The notes under the pieces are model-generated. The model ran no database searches, was not told the origin of the DNA, and worked only from the letters and a program-made list of their open reading frames with translations. From Octopus sinensis (lineage: Eukaryota), in assembly GCF_006345805.1 (NCBI RefSeq), contig NC_042998.1:94922001-94986000 (forward strand): 64,000 nt of DNA, read 5' to 3'. Shown here piece after piece: positions 51,978 to 64,000 of this stretch (its first letter is position 1; each line of letters begins with the position of its first letter). The translations under genes and the position numbers were made by a program.

Positions 51978-54579
51978 TACATATTGAAGAAGCAGTCTTC
52001 ATTATATCATCATTATAGACCATTATGCACTATATATCATAACATACAGCTAAAATCTTCAACATTGCAACAAATATCTCACAGTCTCTGATTATTTCCC
52101 ATGGAAACTTCTTGTCTATAAAACTGCCAAAACTACTTTCCAAAGACTAGGTTTCCACTTTGGGGCCAGACTATACTTCACTGTAATTAGTTTCTGAACC
52201 CTGTACAAAGTAGCCTACATTAGAGTATTGCTTATATGTCTATGATTGCACTGCTGCTGCTACATGCTCATTGTAGAGCTCATTCAAAAGAGAGAGAAAA
52301 GAAAAGAACATTTGGCTGATTACAAGTAGTAGTAGTGGTAGTAGTAGCAGCAGCAGCAATGGTAATAATAATAATAATGATGATGATAATGATAATAATA
52401 ATAATAATGATGATGATGACGACAACAACAACAACAACAATAAAAGCAAATAAGTCACTTTTACATCAAATCTAAGTCAAAAGGATTCTCCAAAAAATTG
52501 TCAAGTAACCAACCTATAAAGAAGGTTTTAATTGTCTTATCTATGCATGTTTTGAGCTTATTATTTCAGCATGATCAGTCTGACATCATAATTACAAAGA
52601 AGTACATCAAACGACAGTCTTTTATTTGGATCAACACTTTGAGATAGGAAATAGGACCACAATTATATAGTTTTTTGCCTTACTTTATATCTTTTACTCT
52701 AAATATTTTTCATTTACATATCTACTAGATTTACACGCATACCATTCCCACTTCCTGACATCATATCTACAAAACTTTCTTTTTCTCTACTACAATTTAA
52801 CATATCTCTGAGGTTATTCCTATTCCTACTTTTTTTCTACATTTTCTTATCAAAATTTTCTTCTTTAACCATCTTTTGTTTTTCCCAATTTTTTCCTTTA
52901 TGATTCCTCCTTCATATTTTTCTACCAATTCACTCTCCAGTTATTGCAAATGTTATGTTTCTCTCCACATATATATATATCTCAATCTTGCTTATTCCCC
53001 AACATTACCTCAAAACTACTGATGATATGACAGTTTAGGTTTTTATATACTCTTTCAATGAAAAGTAGAAAGAAGAGAGAAAAAGCTAATAAAGTTTGAT
53101 GCAGGCTTATGCTATATCTCTTTCTTTGTTTCCTTTTCCTTCTCCTTGTGATGATGATGATGATGGTGGTGGTGATGGCCATACTCTTAACATGTTTGCT
53201 TTGTAATCATGTGGTTCCTGGCTCAATCCCACTGCATGGAACCTTGACCAAGTGTCTTTTTTAAACTCAGATCAACATAAGTCTTATGATTGGAATTGAG
53301 CAGATATGAAAAATGGTGGAAGCTTGTCATATGGATTGTACATGTTCTTGGGTGGTAGACATAATATATTCCAGCCCTGTGGACACATGAATATATTGTA
53401 TTAGAAACCCCTCTGCAGTCAGTATTCTGTGGGTATGTAGATAATTTGATTCACAGCTTCCCTCTGAAGCATTTTATGGTTTATAGTTTCTTTCTTACTT
53501 TTGCACTTCAATCTCAGATGCCTTGCAAAAGGTTGTATATGCTACCCTTTTAATTAAGCCAAAAACATGAAAAATGGTTGAGCCATCATACAAGGGATGG
53601 CATGTTGGATTAATGAAGCTATAATGAAGCTATAATGAAAAAACAAGAAATAAAAGGTGAAAGAGTTGCTCATAAAAGAAAATTACAGTCAAATATAGAA
53701 GAAAGCTGGTTGTTAAACTGATAAACATAGTTGGGCATTTAGACAAGCAACGTAGGTTCGTGATCCATCTAATGCTTACTTTATTTCTTCCTCATAATTC
53801 TTGCGCACATACAAATGCAAGCATGTGTACATGCACACATGCTCATGCACACACACACACTTTGAAATATCTGTGCAGCTGTATGGGAAGTTAGTGGCAG
53901 TAAGATAGAGTACTGACACAAATTCTGCGCAGACAATAACAACAACATCAGCAGATAAGATGACAGAAGAAGAATAGTAAAGAATATATAAAAGAAAAAG
54001 AAAGAATAAAAGGAGAGTTTTCAGCATTTCTGTCTATAGAATCTGACCAACTTTTCCCTTCTCACTCCTAGACTAATCTTCCCATGATTCTATGGGTTGG
54101 GGTTACGTGTGTGAAAGAGAAATAGAGTAATAATAAGGGAGAGAAAGAAGGAAAGAAAGAGAGAGAAATAGACAGATAGATAAAGTGAATGTGTGTATGA
54201 GAGCTAAGACATATATGTAAATTGCAATGTAATTATGCATAATATAGAATGTTTGTGTCAAAGTGAAAATGCCTACTTTTATAAGTGTGTATGAATATGT
54301 GAGGCTACGTACATGTCATGTATATGCTTGTGTGTGCAAGCAAGAGTGTGTATGCAAGAATGAGTTAAGTTTTATTTTTGTTTTTCTGAAGCCAGTTGAG
54401 ACATGACTAAGTCTCCAAATCTTCTTTTTGTTCTCGCTGAGTCTGTGTGAGTGTGGATGTTTGTGCGCGCGCATATGACTGCACATGCATATACAAATGC
54501 ATGTGTTAAAACTATTTTTACGTAAGTCTATTTATACAGCAAATGTGTTCTCAACTGAGTGAACAAATGTAGAACATAA

Positions 54580-54811
54580 AATATACACATGCATATATAT
54601 AAAAAGATATATATATATATGCATACATATATACATATATATATATACACATGTATACATACACACACACACATATATATATACACATGTATACATACAC
54701 ACACACATATATATATACACATGTATACATACACACACACATATATATACACATGTATACATACACACACACACATATATACACATGTATACATACACAC
54801 ACACACACATA

Positions 54812-54859
<48 letters not shown>

Positions 54860-55354
54860 TATATATACACACACACATATACATATATATACACACACAG
54901 ACATGCACACGCACATGTATGTATGTATGTACGTATGTATATATATATGTATATATGTATACACACAAACACACACATAGAAATGTATACACATGCAGCC
55001 ACAAACATTTTATTGTTGTGTGAGTGCATGTGTCCAACTGTTAGTGTATGTAGTTTATTACCTAGATTACTTTGACATTTATCAATGGAAAGACGTGCAG
55101 TTGGTGAGGAATTTAGTGTACGATGGGACTAGTAGTGTGTGCATAATGGAGTGTGGAGTTTCTGATGGATGTTGCTTCACTTGAGTGAGCTGGAAATCTG
55201 AACACCTGACCATCTACAGAATGAATATTTGATGAATATCCCCAAAATATATAGTGAAAACACATATCACAAGGATATATATACATACATACATATATAC
55301 ATACATACATATATATATATATATACATACATATATATATATATATATAAATAT

Positions 55355-55385
<31 letters not shown>

Positions 55386-55436
55386 AATATATACATACAT
55401 AATATATATATATATAAATATATACATACATATATA

Positions 55437-55480
<44 letters not shown>

Positions 55481-55644
55481 TACATATATATATATATATA
55501 AATATATACTCTTTTACTCTTTTACTTGAGAGTATACATACATATATATATATACATATATATACATACATATATATATATATATACATACATATATACA
55601 TACATATATATATATACATAATATATACATACATATATACATAC

Positions 55645-55695
<51 letters not shown>

Positions 55696-55712
55696 ACACA
55701 CACACATATATA
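54580..55712. repeat. Compound (TA)/(CA)/(TACA) microsatellites, including a ~30 bp composite unit
   Basis: Repeated atatacacatgtatacatacacacacac units at 54640-54810 and TA/TACA tracts; a unique island lies at ~55000-55275. Confidence 0.9.
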
Positions 55713-55859
55713 TGGAACTGCAACTGTAACATTCTACATATATTTTTACTTTTATTTCTATTCTCTTATTTCCCTTTATACTTCCTATATCCATCTTTTT
55801 TCAAATTAACTCCTTATATCAAACTCAACTATTTCCCCTCTAGTTAACTCATTCATAAT

Positions 55860-55907
55860 GTCTTTGATCAAGGGATACGCCTAATATCCCTGAAACAGCT
55901 TTAAGAC
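55860..55907 (+). ncRNA. Decayed minimal type I hammerhead ribozyme motif
   Basis: GTCT-tTGATcA-AGGGATA(cgcctaa)TATCCCT-GAAAC-AGCT-tTA-AGAC: perfect 7 bp stem II, palindromic AGCT loop III, 3 substitutions from consensus. Confidence 0.65.
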
Positions 55908-56279
55908 TACTTTTCTCTTTATAAATGTTCTATAAATTCTGCACAGCCTTGGCTTTGTTGTCTCATTTTATTCAAAACACACACACACATATATATCAAT
56001 CATCATCATCATTGTTTAACGTCCGTTGTCCATGCTAGCATGGGTTGGACAATTTGACTGAAATCTGGAAAGCCAGCAGCTGCACTAAGCTCCAATATGA
56101 TCTGGCAATGTTTCTACAGCTGGACACCCTTTTTAACACCAACCACTCTGAGAGTGTAGTGGGTACTTTTTACATGCCATCGGCACAAGAGCCAGTCGAG
56201 CGGCCCTGGCATCGACCATGTTTGGATAGTGGTTTTTGCGTGCCACCGGTACGGGAGCCAGGCACATTGTTTTATGTCA

Positions 56280-56471
56280 ATTGAATGAGAAAGTGAGTGT
56301 TCAACCTCAGTACATAGGGTTGAGGATATGTCTTTTGTTGAAACTGAAGCTTAAGGTCTGCGTGTGTCTCAAGTTTCATGCCACTGAGTTCTTCAGGTGA
56401 AACTGGCCTGAAGATTGCAGTGGGTGAAACTTGATTTATGAGGCACACTCTAATCTTCAGTTTTGATAAAG
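56280..56471 (-). mobile_element. Decayed fold-back element with a hammerhead-like core in both arms
   Basis: Inverted arms ~56332-56397 and 56407-56471 (aaactgaag/cttcagttt, caagtttca/tgaaacttg, tcttcagg/cctgaaga); each reads CTGAAGA-N11-12-GAAAC-TTGA; abuts (CA)n. Confidence 0.6.
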
Positions 56472-56664
56472 TTACACACGCACGCACCCACGCACACACA
56501 CACACAAATCAGATATTTCAAGACAGATGAAATAAGTAGTGGGGCTGATGTAATCAACTGTATAAATATGTATAATACACATATATGTATACATACATAT
56601 AAAAATTTATACAAATATATAAAAGTATATACATAGAACATATAAAACACAGAAAACTAAATCT

Positions 56665-56815
56665 ATATAATTGAGTGGCCTGTGAGAGTCAAGTATGCCA
56701 TATACAGAGATGTTATTCACAAGGTAAAAGCTAGCAATGAGGTCTGTAAAAAATTTTACATGCAGGTTGGTGTATCTTATAGTTACATTCTCAGATCCCT
56801 ACTGTTTTTTTACTG
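56665..56815 (+). mobile_element. Old RTE RT fragment
   Basis: IEWPVRVKYAIYRDVIHKVKASNEVCKKFYMQVGVSYSYILRSLLF aligns to IDEWLVRAVQAMYRDAASKVRLGNEYSEEFQVEVGVHQGSVLSPLLF of the large RTE. Confidence 0.7.
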
Positions 56816-57269
56816 TTCTCTAGATCATAACTACTATAATCCGTGGGCCAACCAAAGTCTTGTGAGTAGATTTGGTAGATGGAAACTGAAAGAAGCCCAT
56901 CACGTGTGTGTTTGAGTATGTATAAGTGTTAGTGACACCTTGTCTTGACATGTGATAGTTATAAATGAACCTCATTGTCATACAAAGTGTTCCCTTGTTT
57001 CCAGTCTCCTATAAAAACCTGTCAACCATGGAGAAATATTATCTTGCTTGGAAACATGTGAAGGTTGGTGATAGGAAGGGCTTCTGACCATAGAAAATTT
57101 GCTTGAATGAATTCCATCTGATCCATTCCAGCACGGAAAAGTAGACATTAAACTGATGATGTTTAGTACTGCAGATAACCTCATGATGCAGTTACAAAGA
57201 GTGTGACTAGAGCTGGATTGTATGTTTTAGCAGCAACAATTCACAGTTCCTGTGTAACAGGACATTTCA

Positions 57270-57690
57270 TTTTTGATGATACATGCAGTGCTGATCATTA
57301 TGCCTAGATATTAACTGGCCTGTTTTTCTCATTTTGTTTGACAGTAATTCATAAATATTTCAGCAAGATGGGGGCCATCATTGTGCAAACGAAACAACAG
57401 CAAGATTAAATAAACATTTACTTAACCAATGGACAAGATGCTAAGAGACATTTTCTAAATAGCATCCAAGATCTCCTGATATGACAGTTCCTAATTTCTT
57501 CATGTGAGGATATTTTAAGAACGTCTGTCAAAGCAACAACAGCATCTTTCAAGACTTAGATGCTGAAATTATTGATGAATTTACTAACATGACAACAGAT
57601 TTATGCCTTGAAGCTTGCCAATCAGTACTCAAAAGATTTAACAGTAGGAACACATTTTGTCCATATGATTTTAATACAGGAAGTTTTGAA
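57270..57690 (+). mobile_element. Decayed Tc1/mariner-superfamily transposase fragment
   Basis: FQQDG..H and HPRSPDMTVPNFFM*GYFK (cf. WPPRSPDLTP.DFFLWGY.K). Confidence 0.7.
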
Positions 57691-59094
57691 GATTTCATTT
57701 AATAAAAATGATGGTATTTGTAAAAGTTTTCTACTTTTGCTTTGTTAATACATGTTATAATGAATTATGGAAAATTTCATACACTGTGTATGCATATACT
57801 GGTGTGCACATATAAATATATATGTATTCTCATATATGACTGTGCATATGTGAACATGTAAGCTTATAATCTGTATATACAGACATGTATGCATAAATGA
57901 ATGAGTCAGTTTCTATGAACATCACATTGCTGTGTGTATATGTAGTAATGTGTACAAGTATTCACAAAACTGAGAGCATACATTGCAACAACAAACAATG
58001 TGACACCTTGGGCGAGTGTCTTCTACTAAATCCACTCACAAGCCTAGTGAGTGGATTTGGTAGATGGAAACTGAAAGAAGGCTGTCATATTCATATCATC
58101 ATCATTGTTTAACATCTGCTTTCCATGCTGGCATGAGTTGGACGGTTTGACTGTGGACTGGCAAGCCAGGAGGCTGCATCAGGCTCCAATCTGATCCGGC
58201 AAGGTTTCTACAGCTGGATTCCCTTCCTAACACCAGCCATTCTGAGTGTGTAGTGGGTGATTTTACATGCCACCAGCATGGGGCCAGTCAGGTGGCACTG
58301 GCATCGACTATGCACGAATGGTGCTTTTTACGTGGCACCAGGCAGCATATATGTATGTGTTTGTTCCCCACCATCACTTGACAACCAATTCTGGCATGTT
58401 TACATCCCTGTAACTTAGCAATTTGGCAAAAGGGACAGATGGAATAAGTACTAAGCTTACAAAGAATAAGTCCTGGGGTCAATTTGTTCAACTAAAGGCA
58501 GTGCTCCAGCATGGCAGCAGTCAAATGACTGAAACAAATAAAAGAATAAAAGAATTTATGTAGATGCTGGTATGACTGTGTAGTAAGGAATTTGCCTCCC
58601 AAGCACATGGCTCCAAGTTCAGTCCTACTGCATGCCACCTTGGGCAAGTGTCTTCTGCTCCAAGCTGACCAAAGCTTTGTCCATAGATTTGATAGATGAA
58701 AAGTGAAAATAAGCCCAGTGTGTGTGTGTGTGTGTGTGTGCGTGCGCATGAGTGTGTGTGTGTGTGTGTCCCACCACCAATTGACAACCAGTGCTGGTGT
58801 GTTTACATCCCCATAACTTAGTAGTTTGGCATAAGAGACTGATAGAATAAGTAAAAAAAGTAATGGGGTTGATTTTTTTGACTAAAATTCTTCAAGGTGG
58901 TGCCCCAGCATGGCAACAGTCTAATGACTGAAACACGATAAAAGATAAGAACATTCTTATTAAAACACTCTATACTTCGTGTGTGTGCTTATACTGAATG
59001 AATTCCCAGTTGGCAAGCCTTGCGCCCACCAGCAAACTTTTTTTTTTTTTTTGCTGTTTTCTATGTAGGAACAGTTCCTGACTAGCTCCAAATG

Positions 59095-59285
59095 ATCGAT
59101 GTGGTATCTTTCACTGAAGGGACAAAATCACACTGAAAATAACACCAAGAGAAGTTTTTAGCTAAGAGTAAGCTACTATATCTGGCATTTGTTAATGTGG
59201 AGAAGACTTCTGACAGGGTACCACAATTGTATAGCCTAGTTGTTGCAAAGAAAACCAGATGTAGATGAATGACTAGTAAGAAGTC
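59095..59285 (+). mobile_element. Old RTE RT fragment
   Basis: QEKFLAKSKLLYLAFVNVEKTSDRVP aligns to QEKYLAKDKPLYLAFVDLEKAFDRVP. Confidence 0.75.
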
Positions 59286-60105
59286 TTAGAAGAAGAAAGA
59301 ACAGATTTGTCAATGTGGTCCAAAGTGGTAGAATGCTCACAACTGCAATGTCTTCCTTTATCACTTATTAATTAGATCAGAGCTAACAAGGGGCCTAAAC
59401 AATAACTAAGCAAACTTCTACACTAGTAGTTCTTAATCAGGGTCTACATGATCCTTGGGGGTCCACATAAGGCCTTGTTATTAAAACTTACGTGTAATCA
59501 ATTGGTTATAATTATGTGATTGACAAGATATTTTGGCATTCTTTTTTTGAACAATTTCTTATAATTTTTAATTATAAAAATATAAATGATGCTGATGATG
59601 ATAATACGATTTTTTTAAACATCAAATGGCTATGAGGGTCCACCTGAATAAAATAGGAATCAAAAAGGGTCATAAGTAAAATAAAAATGGTTGAGAACCA
59701 TTACTATACACTGTCAGTTGACTAATGTGCTGGAATTAGCAGTTGTGTGCGTGTATGAGAGAGAGGGGGGGATAGAGAGATTAAATGAAAAGTTAACTTT
59801 GAATTATTTAAAACAATATAGAAACTTAATGAAAAGATTATGTTTGACATTTCAGTCTATCTACTTTTGTTTCTTTGTTTATTCATTTATTTTAATACAA
59901 ATATACATTCTCACAATTTATTTCAAAGTTAGAATTATTGATATTTAAAAAATCTGAGTTGTTTGTGCACATGTTCTTCTTTTTTTTTTGGCTATTTATT
60001 TGTAAAAACTTAATGGATTCCATTTGTAAGAAAAATTGTGAATTCTCAAAAGAATAATTGCTTAAATGAATGATAAAACAAATAAATATATGATATAATT
60101 GAAGG

Positions 60106-60150
<45 letters not shown>

Positions 60151-60909
60151 ACATGTGTGTGTTTGTGTGTGTGTATGCTTGCGTGTGTTTATATGTCTCT
60201 GTAAATAAATAAATATATATATATATATTGGGGTAGCTAAATATCTCCATATAGTAAGACAACTATTTTTGTCCCTCTATCATACTCCAACCTCCCACCT
60301 GACACACAGCTACTTCTTTCAGCTCTATTCCCTCTCTCAACAAAGAGATCTTTGTCTTGCAAGTTACTTGGTAACCCTGCTCATGCTGGTGCCATGTAAG
60401 AAGCACCTGTGCCATGAAAAAACACCTATGCCAGTGCCACATAAAAAGTACCAGTGCTGGTGCCATGTAGCATTAAGAAGGGCATCCAATCATAGAAGCC
60501 AAGACAAAACAAAGAACTGGAGCCTGGTGCAGCTCTCCAGTTTGCCAGTTCTTGTCAAACCATCCAACCTATGCCAGCATGGAAAACATATTACATGATG
60601 ATGATGATATAGTTATTGAACAGTTGTCCATAAGTCAGAAAAAAAGCATAGTCTAACAGAGAAATTGAGGGGGTTAAACTGTCATATTGTTTAGCAGGAT
60701 ATTCCAGGTTATAACATTTAACTAGTCAGAATGTTGCTGATGGTTTCATGCCAACAATGGCATTTGGCAATATTGATGACTCTTCAGTTATATGCTATAA
60801 CTAAGAATGGTTTTGACACAGATGAAGTAAGTATGGGGGCTGACACAATCAACTGTACAGCTTTGTAAAATGTAAAAACATATACATATGTATAAAAAAT
60901 ATACAAATG

Positions 60910-60958
<49 letters not shown>

Positions 60959-60968
60959 TTATTATATA

Positions 60969-61029
60969 GAAGGAGCTTCTACAGGACTAGAACTGTTTCA
61001 TTCAAGAGAAATCTTCAGGAAGCTCCTTC
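60969..61029 (-). ncRNA. Type I hammerhead ribozyme motif
   Basis: GAAGGAGCTTC-CTGAAGA-TTTCTCTTGAAT-GAAA-CAG(TTCTAGTC)CTG-TA|GAAGCTCCTTC: 11 bp stem I, intact core, GUA triplet. Confidence 0.82.
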
Positions 61030-61032
61030 AGG

Positions 61033-61081
61033 GCTTCCTGAAGATTTCTCTTGAATGAAACAGTTCTAGTCCTGTAGAAGC
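61033..61081 (+). ncRNA. Type I hammerhead ribozyme motif (opposite arm)
   Basis: GCTTC-CTGAAGA-stem II-GAAA-CAG...CTG-TA|GAAGC; predicted cleavage after 61076. Confidence 0.78.
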
Positions 61082-61165
61082 TCCTTCTATATAATAAATT
61101 AATTTTACTCTGCTATGTATTGAGTACCTTATTTACTGTGGTTAACCCCGAATCAACCCGGGACC

Positions 61166-61219
<54 letters not shown>

Positions 61220-61664
61220 TACATATATATACATATATATATAAGAGTATATACATAGAACCATATATGAAATATAAGAAACTAAATATATATCTCGCTT
61301 AACAATATAAAAGAACATGTATGTATGTATGCATGCATGCATGTGCAAACATACAATGAAAAGTATAATCATAGCAGAAGAACTAACTATAAATATAAAA
61401 TCAACAAAATGGAAAAACCAACGATATAACTGAAGATGATGAGACAAGAATATAACCAAACATAAAGAACCATTAGGCTTCAACAAAGATAAAGAACCAT
61501 CAACATAACTAAAGTTAAATGAACTAGAATGTAATCAATGATCAACAAACAAGAATATAACCAAATACGAACTACCTAGAATGAAACAATGAGGAAACCA
61601 GAACATAACTGAAGATGAGAAGCTAGAAATGAAAGTAGACAATAATATATATACTAAATAATTA

Positions 61665-61716
<52 letters not shown>

Positions 61717-62387
61717 CAAGACCATTTCAGTCCGAAAATGTTACCTTTAAGATAGGCTGTTAGTGCTACCATCCCACACAGCACATCCTAATATACAAAC
61801 ATGCTACCCCTGCACCCATGCACATACTTATAAAGAGAACATATATACACATATACACACTACACACATGAGTATCCCTTTCACAGACATGATAGCCATT
61901 TTTGCACTCTCCTACCTTCAAAAAAACCCACATTCTCTATCTCTCTCCAAATTCCAGTCAGTTATTTTTCAGCCATGTAATGACATATGTACTTTTCTCT
62001 GGAGCATCGACTCTTTCGTTTTTTCTTTCCTCTCTGGACTTTTACGCCTACCTGACAGAGAGCCATGTTCAAAACTTCCTCTCCACTCCTATTTTCTCAT
62101 CTAAAAACTTTCACTGAGAGTTAATCTAATATATTCACTGTGTATGATGAATTGGCTTTTGCAGTTTTATCTTGTCTTTTTTTAAATTTTGCATTTGCCC
62201 CTCTCTCTGTATATATATATATTTAAACATGTATATAGTATATAAATACATATGTGCAAGGACAAACCTGCATTCAGTGCATTCAGGAGCACAAGTTGTA
62301 GATGTTGCCAGACTAGTCAATAAAAAAATGCAAAAACACACGGTGAAATGAATCAAAATTTAATATGCCTGGCTCTGATAGCTAAGA

Positions 62388-63423
62388 GGCCGTTCGCCAG
62401 CCTCATCTGGCACCTGTGTCGGTGGCACATAAAAACACCTTCCGAAGACCCGGCAAGACTAGTCAGTCCACCTGTGCATACCTTCCTTCTTGTGACACTT
62501 GTGAAGACCGGTTGAGGCAAGTGAAAATCAAATCAAATCAAATCAAATCAAAATAGACAAAATAGATGAACATCAATGGAATTTGTATCTTGTGGTACCA
62601 GTGCCTGTGGCACACAAGAAATCCATCAGTGCTGTAGTCAGTGCGGTGGGCACATGACAAACACCATCCGATCGTGGCCGTTCGCCAGCCTCATCTAGCA
62701 CCTGTGTCGGTGGCACATAAAAAACACCATCCGAAGACCCGGCAAGACTAGTCAGGCCATAACCCATGGCCCCTACCTGGGACGTAGTCAGTCCACCTGT
62801 GCATACCTTCCTTCTTGTGACACTTGTGAAGACCTGTTGAGGCAAGTGAAAATCAAAACAAATCAAAATAGATGAACATCAATGGAATTTGTATCTTTGT
62901 GGTACCAGTGCCGGTGGCACGTGGCACATAAGAAAACCATCCGAACGTGGCCGTAGCCAGTACCGCATCGACTGGCCTCCGTGCTGTGGGCACGTAACAA
63001 GCACCAACCGATCGTGGCCGTTTGCCAGCCTCATCTGGCACCTGTGTCGGTGGCACATAAAAACACCATCCGAGCGTGGCCGTCTGCCAGCCTCGTCTGG
63101 CACCTGTGTCGGTGGCACATAAAAAACACCATCCGAGCGTGGCCGTCTGCCAGCCTCGTCTGGCACCTGTGTCGGTGGCACATAAAAAACACCATCCGAG
63201 CGTGGCCGTTTGCCAGCCTCGTCTGGCACCTGCGTTGGTGGCACATAAAATCACCCACTACACTCTCGGAGTGGTTGGCGTTAGGAAGGGCATCCAGCTG
63301 TAGAAACACTGCCAGATCTGACTGGACCGGTGCAGCTTTCGGGCTCCCCAGACCCCAGTTGAACCGTCCAACCCATGCTAGCATGGAAAGCGGACGTTAA
63401 ATGATGATGATGATGATGATGAT
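62388..63423 (+). mobile_element. 5'-truncated RTE copy, 3' UTR only
   Basis: Reverse complement of the 42313-43482 copy, with shared diagnostic indels; four 62 bp units; (GAT)n tail running into (TA)n. Confidence 0.9.
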
Positions 63424-63438
63424 ATATATATATATATA

Positions 63439-63652
63439 TGTAGGTCCCGGGTTGAGTCGGGGTTAACCACAGTAAATAAGGTACTCAATACATAGCAGAG
63501 TAAATTAATTTATTTTATAGAAGGAGCTTCTACAGGACTAGAACTGTTTCATTCAAAAGAAATCATCAGGAAGCTAGGTCATCTAGCTTCCTGATGATTT
63601 CTTTTGAATGAAACAGTTCTAGTCCTGTAGAAGCTCCTTCTATAAAATAAAT
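63439..63652 (-). mobile_element. Fold-back hammerhead element, copy 2
   Basis: Reverse-oriented relative of copy 1; perfect 70 bp arms (63508-63577, 63583-63652), loop gtcat; TA repeats on both sides. Confidence 0.8.
63585..63635 (+). ncRNA. Type I hammerhead ribozyme motif with canonical CUGAUGA (mirrored on the minus strand at ~63525-63575)
   Basis: AGCTTC-CTGATGA-TTTCTTTTGAAT-GAAA-CAG(TTCTAGTC)CTG-TA|GAAGCT. Confidence 0.82.
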
Positions 63653-64000
63653 ATATATATATATATATATATACCATGCAAAATAAATCCAATGGTGTTT
63701 CTATCAGCCCTATTATTGATGTGTATAATCATCTACACTATTTCCCCTCTGTTTCTATACATGTTTGACCACTTCTAAACTTAGCCAACTGCAGTGAATG
63801 TGGTTTGTCAAAGAGATATAAGACTGAAAGATGTCTGTTACTTCACTAGTTGGCATTAAAGACAAGTTCCACTTTAAAATGCAATCTCTTTATTATATCC
63901 AACACACACACACACACACACACACATGCGTGCATATTTATATATACATCCATACATAAGTATACACACATACATACACATACACATCTTTGTTTTAATG

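Larger units (their letters stand above)
60957..61168 (+). mobile_element. Fold-back hammerhead element, copy 1 (Penelope-like pLTR/retrozyme-type insertion in (TA)n)
   Basis: Perfect 67 bp inverted arms (60957-61023, 61033-61099), 9 nt loop, ~69 nt tail, TA repeats on both sides. Confidence 0.8.

Noticed and set aside
60730-60795. Minus-strand CTGAAGA ... ATGCCA/TGGCAT hairpin ... GAAAC resembling a hammerhead
   Set aside because: Long unpaired spacer after the core, no stem III/UH triplet and no stem I partner.

Overview
AT-rich, microsatellite-dense eukaryotic DNA with no host gene I can support. The repeat landscape (RTE LINE, tRNA-derived SINEs, huge (TA)n tracts) resembles an octopus/cephalopod genome; that assignment is inference. 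Almost all listed ORFs are artefacts of simple repeats or decayed transposons. Real content: (1) a near full-length ~5.1 kb RTE-clade LINE on the minus strand (36706-41846) with APE endonuclease, an RT carrying an inserted C4HC3 (PHD-like) finger, and a 3' UTR built of nested 62 bp and ~320 bp tandem repeats, plus two ORF-less 3' copies; (2) two decayed mariner elements and other Tc1/mariner remnants; (3) MITEs (piggyBac-, hAT-, Tc1/mariner-type and a foldback); (4) fragments of R4/Dong-like and CR1/Jockey-group LINEs; (5) several SINE families; (6) a ~3.7 kb degenerate 36 bp minisatellite region with a 440 bp inverted duplication. The most notable signal is a set of short non-coding elements inserted in microsatellites. 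They carry type I hammerhead ribozyme motifs and/or perfect fold-back hairpins followed by a 60-80 nt tail (60957-61168, 63439-63652, 44635-44781, 55860-55907, 35593-35653, 56280-56471), from several unrelated sequence families. They are most consistent with Penelope-like pLTR/retrozyme insertions whose inverted arm is copied at integration.
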